Part shown: positions 31,381 to 38,389 of the stretch, one piece after another
Layout: each line of letters starts with the position of its first letter
How positions within the stretch are numbered: the stretch's first letter is position 1
NCBI GenBank assembly: GCA_002256025.1
Contig: NKIB01015085.1
Span: forward strand, 1-38,389
DNA from: Asterionella formosa
Lineage: Eukaryota
Direction of reading: 5' to 3'
DNA length: 38,389 bases
Made by a program: the position numbers and the translations under genes
Notes under the pieces: generated by a model
Told to the model about the DNA's origin: nothing
Database searches by the model: none
Seen by the model: the letters and a program-made list of their open reading frames with translations, nothing else

Positions 31381-33036
31381 AACAAAATTTTAAGTATGCA
31401 TTAATGATGAGCCTCAACTATTGTGGAGTTCTTTGGGTCACAACAGGGTGCACAGCGCCCAGGATGACGAAGGAAACTAGATGGGGGAATCAGGGCATTG
31501 AGATACATTGTGTATCATAAAAAAAACATTGGCGTATGGTGCCCTGGCGGCGTTAGTCTTGGCGAAGTAGAAACATCAGACAATGTTGTCCAGCTTTATA
31601 GAAAGCAAGCCAGGACTCCATTGAGGAGGAGGAATGGAGGAGCTGGAGGGAGAGGAGAAGACCAAATTAATATCCCTGCTCATCTGCAGTGACTGTAAGT
31701 TGAGAACTGTAGGCCAGTTTGATGTCTGCCATAAGGCGGCTTGTGAGTTTTCTATTTGACGTGGCTGATGTGGTCATTCATTCCAGGATATGTACTGGTA
31801 TGCATGACAAGGAGCATTTAAACATGATTCCAAATGTATTAACCATGTATACATTGAAACAATTTTGTGAATGTAAAAATATTATACAGTTGAACACTTT
31901 CATAGTTCAAAGTCACACTTTATATCGCCATCATGGTTATACTATCATCAGTAAAGCTTAGTATGCATCATTCAAATGTACACAAGCAATGCATGAAGAT
32001 ATCATTGTTTTCCATGACTTGATGTATGGTTTTTGAACTTTTTCAGTATCAATTTTTGTACCTACAAGTCAATGATTCAATTACCAGTAAGCTCTTCACT
32101 ATGTGGAAGTCATACTTTTATCATATGGTACAAATCATATAATTAGAGGATTTATTTTCTCATAGCATTGACGCCGTTTATAATATGATAAATATGCTTG
32201 GATCAAATGTGTCAGATAAACAAATCAAACTTTATGAATTACAGATCATATTATTATTCTCAGAAAACTATATTTAGCTGGTTTGATCTTACTTTTAGCA
32301 TCAATATGTTCTACTACAAAAATCAATTTTGAGCATTTATTTCTCATATTAATGACATCGTTTATCATGTGATCAATATGCATTTATCGAACAACTAGGA
32401 TATAGACATCAAACTGTACAGAAACTTTCGGGTCCCCTTCTCCATCACCTATAAATACCAAATTTTTGCGCACTCTCCGTCACCTGTAGATACCAATGTT
32501 AGGTTTATATACAAGAACTTGTTATTGTTTGTTACCATCCATCATCTATAGATACCAATATTAGGTTTCTTGTACAGTACCCCGTGTTATTGGTGTTCCA
32601 GCGTTTGTTGTTTCCATGTCAATTGTTGTTGCATCATTTATACTCTGGCGATGGCGTCCATGTGAATGTTACAAGTCGGAGTACGAATGAAACACATTGA
32701 AGTGAGACATAATTTTTATGTGTGAGAAAGTTGAATGTGGAGACATAAGAGTTCAATATGTCAACATGGAGAAAGAATTCATCAGCTCTTCTGTCAAAGA
32801 ATGTCATAAGAACCAAAATCCACGAGCTACATGCATCTAATATCTCAAATGGTTGTTCATTGGACTGTTAGACCAGAGATCAGGGAGAGTGACAAAAAGT
32901 GAAGGGATCATTTGAGTCAAGTCTCACAAAAGTGACTGCAACTATGATTATGCTTGAACAATGTGTTCTAGTAAATGCGGCCTCCAAGGACCACAGAATT
33001 AGTACTTTGGCTGGAAGAGATGATGATGATATATGA

Positions 33037-33065
33037 TTGAAGTTGAAGTTGAAGTTGAAGTTGAA
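33037..33065. repeat. (TTGAAG)n microsatellite
   Basis: About 5 copies read directly. Confidence 0.8.
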
Positions 33066-33809
33066 AAGATTGAAATAGATCTTCGGATGGAGCTTATTCT
33101 AGAAGTAGAAAGCTCACAATAAAGTAAAGCAGAAAATGAGTTTCTGACGTTTCCTAAAGATCTAGAAGTATATCACGAACAATAGCTAGCTGAGAGTGAA
33201 GTGTAGAAGTATGCTGCTCGAGATTACTTTCGGTAAATAATTAAGCAGACTGATGCTACTAGTTAAAAATGGCTTTGAGTCACTTAACAATATTATATTC
33301 ACTGTGTATACATAGAATCTTTCTAATTTTCCAGATATGACTATTTTTAGTACAACAACCTTGTTCCTGACGTTGCGCCAAATACAACACATCTTCTTGT
33401 CGATTAGGTCTTATGTTTTAGATAATTAGATAAATGTGTCGGAAAGTAGCGATCGGCCAAAAAGGGGCAAAAACAATATTATCCCATTGAGCCAGCATCT
33501 CCCGGCCGAAAATGCACATATACATTTGTGAGGAAAACTTAATATCAAATATTTATCTAGTTGTGTTTAACCGCCACGGACAATTTACTATAGCAATAAA
33601 TGAATCAATTATTCACTCAAAGTAAATGAATGCAATATTTCTTGAAGGCCAAAAAAATCGCGCCATATATATATGTGTGACTGTAATTCACATCAAAAAT
33701 TGCTTCCCATGCACCACAAAATGAAGCAAATCTTGATCATCTTATTAACAACGATGAAAGCTACAGCAAGAAAACAGCCTCAACCATCCAAAAAGTACAA
33801 GGCGATACC

Positions 33810-34941
33810 TAACTCATTGGATAAGATTGTTGTGTTGCTTATTTTAAAAAATACATCTGGTCAACAACCTCAGATACATATTGCCAGAATGGATAGCCAC
33901 CTCACATTCTTGGGTTTCACAGCTGCCAATGGGATATCTTTGATGTGTTCTATAATATTTTCTGCAAAAGAGATGGAAGAGTCTTGGGTGCTTGGGTTTG
34001 ATCCTTCTGCAGATTTGATTGGAGACGAAAACGATGTTGCCAGAAATACTGTACGGGAAGAAGATATCCACTGGGACCAACCTGCACCTTCAATGGCCAC
34101 CACGTGCCTACCTTTTGCTGCTGCTCCGAAAGTGGAAGTATCACTGCGGAGCTGCTTGTGCAAATGCTAAAGACTGCGGACAAAATTGGAGTTTTCGACC
34201 GAACTGACAGAGTACCCCCTTCCTTATCCTTGATGGCCATGGTAGCAGCTTCGACCTATTGTTCCTGCAATACATCAACACAGCTGCAACGAAATGGAGT
34301 GTCTGCATTGGGGTGCCATATGGCACATCATACTGGCAGGTTGGGGACATTCCAGAACAAAATGGTTCATTTAAAATGGCACTCAAAAAATGCAAGAGAG
34401 ACTTACTACTAGCCCATAAGGAAAAGCACCATGCTGTATTTGCTGTTGAAAAGGAAGATATTGTTGACCTGGTGTTTAAAGCATGGGATGAATCTTTTGC
34501 CCATATTGCTACAAACCAAAAAGCTGTTGCTGAACGAGGTTGGGATCCATTGAACAACAACTTGTTGCTCCATCCAGAAATTCAACTGACAAGTACCTCA
34601 AATCTGCAAACAGAAAAAAAATAATCAACCCGCCTCTTGTTCCATTCCCCCATCTGGACTAAACTTGAGCCAAGGCATCACTGGAACCCTTCTGATCAGG
34701 TTGTGCAGTATCGCAATCGTTAGGAAGCTAGAAACGGAATAAATCTGGATGAACTTGCCGGCCAACAAAAAGAAACAGCACTAAGGGCGATTGCAAGCAA
34801 TAAACGATACACAGCCGGTCTTTGTGTCGCTGCAGGCAGGTACTTGTTGGGTCCTGAAGTGGTCGATGACCAGCTAAAAAGGAAGAGACATGCAGAAGAA
34901 GTGCAGAGTGAGCGAGAGAATAAGAAAATAGATGCACACAT
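33810..34941 (+). pseudogene. Decayed pogo/Fot1-like (DDE_1-type) transposase
   Basis: Fragments across frames: DSHLTFLGFTAANG..MCSIIF, PLGPTCTFNG..VPTF, SESGSITAELL, LDGHGS, VCIGVPYGTSYWQVGD..EQNGSFKM, AVAERGWDPLN. Confidence 0.75.
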
Positions 34942-35197
34942 TGTTGGAGGTTATAAAGACTCCAGGTGACGTTGAGAGTCTGATGAGTCAAATCGTGAAA
35001 TCTTTCATGGGACTGACAGTGGGATCAAAATTAGTTGGAGTAGAAGTCTTGAATTGTATTTGGTAAGATTGAATTTGACAGGATTAAGTTTGACAGGACC
35101 AGTTGGCAAGATTGATAGTTTAGTAGATATAATTACAATTAGTTCACAATCTGAGAAACCTTGACTTGAGTAAGGTAGTCTTTGGAGCCCTTCAACA
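34942..35197 (+). repeat. Candidate 5' LTR (256 bp)
   Basis: Starts TGTTGGAGG and ends CCTTCAACA (8/9 inverted match). Begins where the pogo-like coding sequence stops. The partner LTR is outside the window. Confidence 0.7.
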
Positions 35198-35304
35198 TAC
35201 TTCGAAGTATAAAGGTTAGGACCCAGAGGCTGATTGTTGGTGAAAGAAAGAAAACAAAAGTTTGTAAGTCACAATGGCTGGATGGATCCAAGGATAGTGA
35301 CAAG

Positions 35305-38300
35305 ATGAGTGTGAGACTTCCAATGTTTGATGGAGATCACAAGAAATTTCAAATGTGGAATACTCGATTTAGAGCATTTGCCACTGTTAGCAGATTTGCT
35401 GAGGCATTAGCTCCACAGGCTATGATGCCAGCAAGAGAAGATGAGTTGATTGATGAAACAACTGATGATGGCAGGTTGAAAGCATTGGCCATCAGGAGAA
35501 ATGGTGTAGCTATGGCTAATTTGTCAATGGCTTTCACATCTGAAGGAACAATGGGATTGGTGTACAAGGCGATGACTCCAGAGTGGCCAGGTGGGCTTGC
35601 TTATTTGGTAATGGAAGCTCTGAACAAGAAGTATCGACCTCAAGACACATTTACAAGAGTTGAGCAAAGGCAGAAGCTTAATAAAGTGGCCATGAAGAAA
35701 AACCAAGACCCTGCTACATTGTTTGAGCAAGTGAGTAGTAGTATTGAGAATCAATACAATGCTCCAGGGGTCAAGATAGATGAAGGTGATTTGATTGCTG
35801 TCATACTTGATGCAGCACCAGAAGAATACCATGCAGTACTTACATCGGAACAGAGGCTTCGCGGTGATAAGCTAACTTTAAATGATTTAGAGACTGCGAT
35901 GAATCAATTTTGGAGACAAGGGAAAACCCTAAAGACTAATGATGGCAATGATGCTGCTGAAATATCATTGAGTGAATTTGGAGGTGTTTGCTATAATTGC
36001 AAGAAAAAGGGACATAAAGCCAATAAGTGTCCAGATAAAGAGCATAAAGATGGAAAAGGAACAAGACCTAAAGGAAATGGTGATAAGTTCAATGGAAAAT
36101 GTAACAACTGTGGAAAAGTTGGGCACAAAGAAGCAAATTGTTGGGAGAAGGAAGAAAATAAACATAAAAGGCCAGAGGGTTTTACGTCCAGAAGTGAAGA
36201 AACTGCAGCATCGGCAGTTGATAATGGTTCAAGAGTTGAATTTATATTGTGTGGAATGACATTTCCTACTGATCAAGCAATATTGATGGATCCAAATGTG
36301 TGGATTGCAGATACTGCTGCAACAGTCCACAATACTCCACACATGGATGGTATGACCAATTTACGTGATGCAGAAAAGTCAGACGCTATCACAATGGGCA
36401 ATGGGATAAGTGAAAAAGCTGTTAAGATAGCAGATATTAATGGTGTCATGTGTGACAGGCATGGAGTTGAAATTGCCAAAGCAACCATGCAAGATGTGAC
36501 TTTGTTGCCTACGGGCAAATACAATTTATTCAGTTTGACAAAAATGATGAAAAAGGGATGGAAATTAAGTGGTGATGATGATGCAATTGTGTTGACAGTG
36601 AATGATAAAACAATAACATTTGACATCAAAATTCCAACTCCAAAGGGTCTGTTGCATGCCATGTACATGAAGAGGGCGGTGACAGAAGTTGCTGGTGCAG
36701 GCGCAGATTGTGGTGCCAAATTCTTTATTACAGAATACATGATAAACTCGGACATGTAAATGAAGATATGGCAAGGAAGAAAGCCAGAGCTATTGGCTGG
36801 AACTTAACTGTAGGTGGCATGAGACCATGTGAAGCTTGCGCTGCAGGTAAGGCAAAGCAAAAGAATGTTCCCAAGGAAAGTGAACATGAAGAAGCAAAAG
36901 AAAACAATGAACGAATTTATTTGGACATTGCAACAGTGAAAAGACAGGACAATGACAATTATAAAGGCATGAAAGTAACTCGAGGAAATTGGAGAATTAT
37001 GGTAGATGAAAGGACTCAAATGAAATTCACAGATTTTTTTGAGACAAAGAAAGGAATGGTTGAACCAACGTGTGAGCAGTTGTATAAATGGAAGGCAAGT
37101 GGAATACCAGTGAAGTTCATAAGGCTCGATAATTCAGGAGAGAATCAATTGCTTAAGATTTGTGCAGATAGTAGCAGTGATTGGAAGCTAGATGTGCAGT
37201 TTGAATTTACAGGAAGAGCCACTCCGCAACGTAACCATTTGGCTGAGTTGGGTTTTGCAGTAATTGCAAACCGTGGTCGAGCTATGATGCACAGAGCAAA
37301 TGTACCATTGACTGATAGGTACAAACTATTCAAAGAAGCATTTAAAACAGCAACATTGTTGGATGGTTTAGTTGTAATAACAATTGATGGAAAAGAAGCA
37401 ACAAGATATGAACATTGGTGTGGCAAGAACCCAGATTTTACTGCACATTTGAGGGTGTGGGGAGAAGCTGGAACAGTCACTATTAAATCAAATATGAACA
37501 CAAAGGTGAAAGACAGAGGTGTACATTGTATGATGGTGGGATACGCTCTGAACCATGCTGGAGATACATACAGAATGTGGGACAAAAATACAAATCGAGT
37601 GCATGAAACACGAGATATCATTTGGTTGCGCCGAATGTATTTTGAGAAGCCAATCATCAATCAGGATCTGGCAATTGCACCTGTGATTGATGATGATTAT
37701 GAAGTTGAAAAAGAACCTACCATTGAAGTTGGGGAGGGATTAGATGAAAATGACTAGCAAGAAGACCAGCTACCACAAGATGATGATAATGACACTGGTG
37801 GTGAAGTAGCTGAAAGTCCGAATACAGAAACACAAGTGGTGACAAGGATTGGAAGGCGCATTAAAAATCCATCAAGATTGATTGAAGAAATGGGTGCTTT
37901 TGTGAGCGACTATCAGATTTGTTTGACTGATGCAGAAGTGAAATATTATGAAGCAATGCAAGAATTAGAGGAAGTTCAACATGAATTTGGATTTGTAGGT
38001 GCTGGACTTGGTGGTGGATTTGAAAACACAGCAGAACTACATGTGATGAAATATGATGCAGCAATGAAGTCAAAGGATGCGGCTGCATGGAAGGTTGCTG
38101 TAGATGAAGAACATGATCGTATGGTGAACAATAATGTTTGGAAACCTATTGACAGAGCAAAGATTCCAAGTAATTCAAAAGTGCTGACTTCAACGTGGGC
38201 AATGAAGAAGAAAGCAAGCGGAAAATTTCGAGCTAGGCTGAATGCAAGAGGATTTGAACAATTAGATGGTATTCATTGTGACAAGAATACAAAATCAGCT

Positions 38301-38389
38301 CCAGTCACAAATGAAATTACAATTAGAATTGTATTCATTTTGATGGTAATGGGAAGGCTGTATGCTGAATTATTGGATGTTCAAGGTGC
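35305..38389 (+). pseudogene. Copia gag-pol polyprotein, disrupted
   Basis: Zinc knuckles CYNCKKKGHKANKC and CNNCGKVGHKEANC; protease WIADTAATVH; HDKLGH..CEAC; integrase RLDNSGEN and PQRNHLAE; GAGLGGGFENTAELHVMKY; RT motifs WAMKKK..FRARLNARGFEQ. Frameshift near 36735 and in-frame TAG at 37755-37757. Confidence 0.9.

Larger units (their letters stand above)
34942..38389 (+). mobile_element. Ty1/Copia LTR retrotransposon (CoDi-like), cut by the window edge
   Basis: 5' LTR, then gag with two CCHC knuckles, protease, integrase and RT in Copia order (PR-IN-RT). Confidence 0.95.

Noticed and set aside
31400..33800. Short ORFs and a possible CQHG..KEC zinc-finger relic in AT-rich DNA
   Set aside because: Stop-ridden with no consistent frame; probably old repeat debris that I cannot assign.
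35182..35304. ORF-track N-terminal extension of gag
   Set aside because: TTG start inside the LTR/PBS region; the first in-frame ATG is 35305 (an ancestral start near 35274 would need an indel).
36720..36745. Programmed frameshift in the Copia polyprotein
   Set aside because: Lies after the protease rather than at gag/pol and has no clear slippery heptamer; likely a 1-nt deletion.
37755..37763. In-frame TAG CAA GAA between integrase and RT as programmed readthrough
   Set aside because: Does not fit CAR-YYA fully, and the element has other lesions (frameshift near 36735); a C-to-T nonsense change is simpler.

Overview
Eukaryotic nuclear DNA, most likely from a diatom. The evidence is short GT-AG introns, a DUF6824-type protein and a CoDi-like Copia element. 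Ten host genes are supported: DUF6824 protein, TatD DNase, multi-C2 membrane protein, YIPF6, a type II membrane glycosyltransferase-like protein, a hypothetical protein, a cold-shock-domain fusion protein, an MFS transporter, an SDR, and a putative Ig-fold (CudA-like) transcription factor. They are interleaved with transposon blocks: a 3'-truncated PIF/Harbinger transposase; a TIR/TSD-bounded 2.27-kb PIF/Harbinger-type element carrying only an ORF1-like gene; a second decayed Harbinger transposase; a DD39D mariner with perfect 30-bp TIRs; a Copia 3' remnant; a pogo-like remnant; and a Ty1/Copia element running off the right edge. The most notable unexplained signals are (i) clusters of a CCTGGTA/GGTACC motif in gene 5' regions, one of which is the mariner insertion site, (ii) the transposase-less ORF1-only Harbinger element, and (iii) a perfect palindrome plus a displaced half-tRNA-like PBS after the Copia 5' LTR. 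All family calls come from motif recognition by eye; no searches were run.
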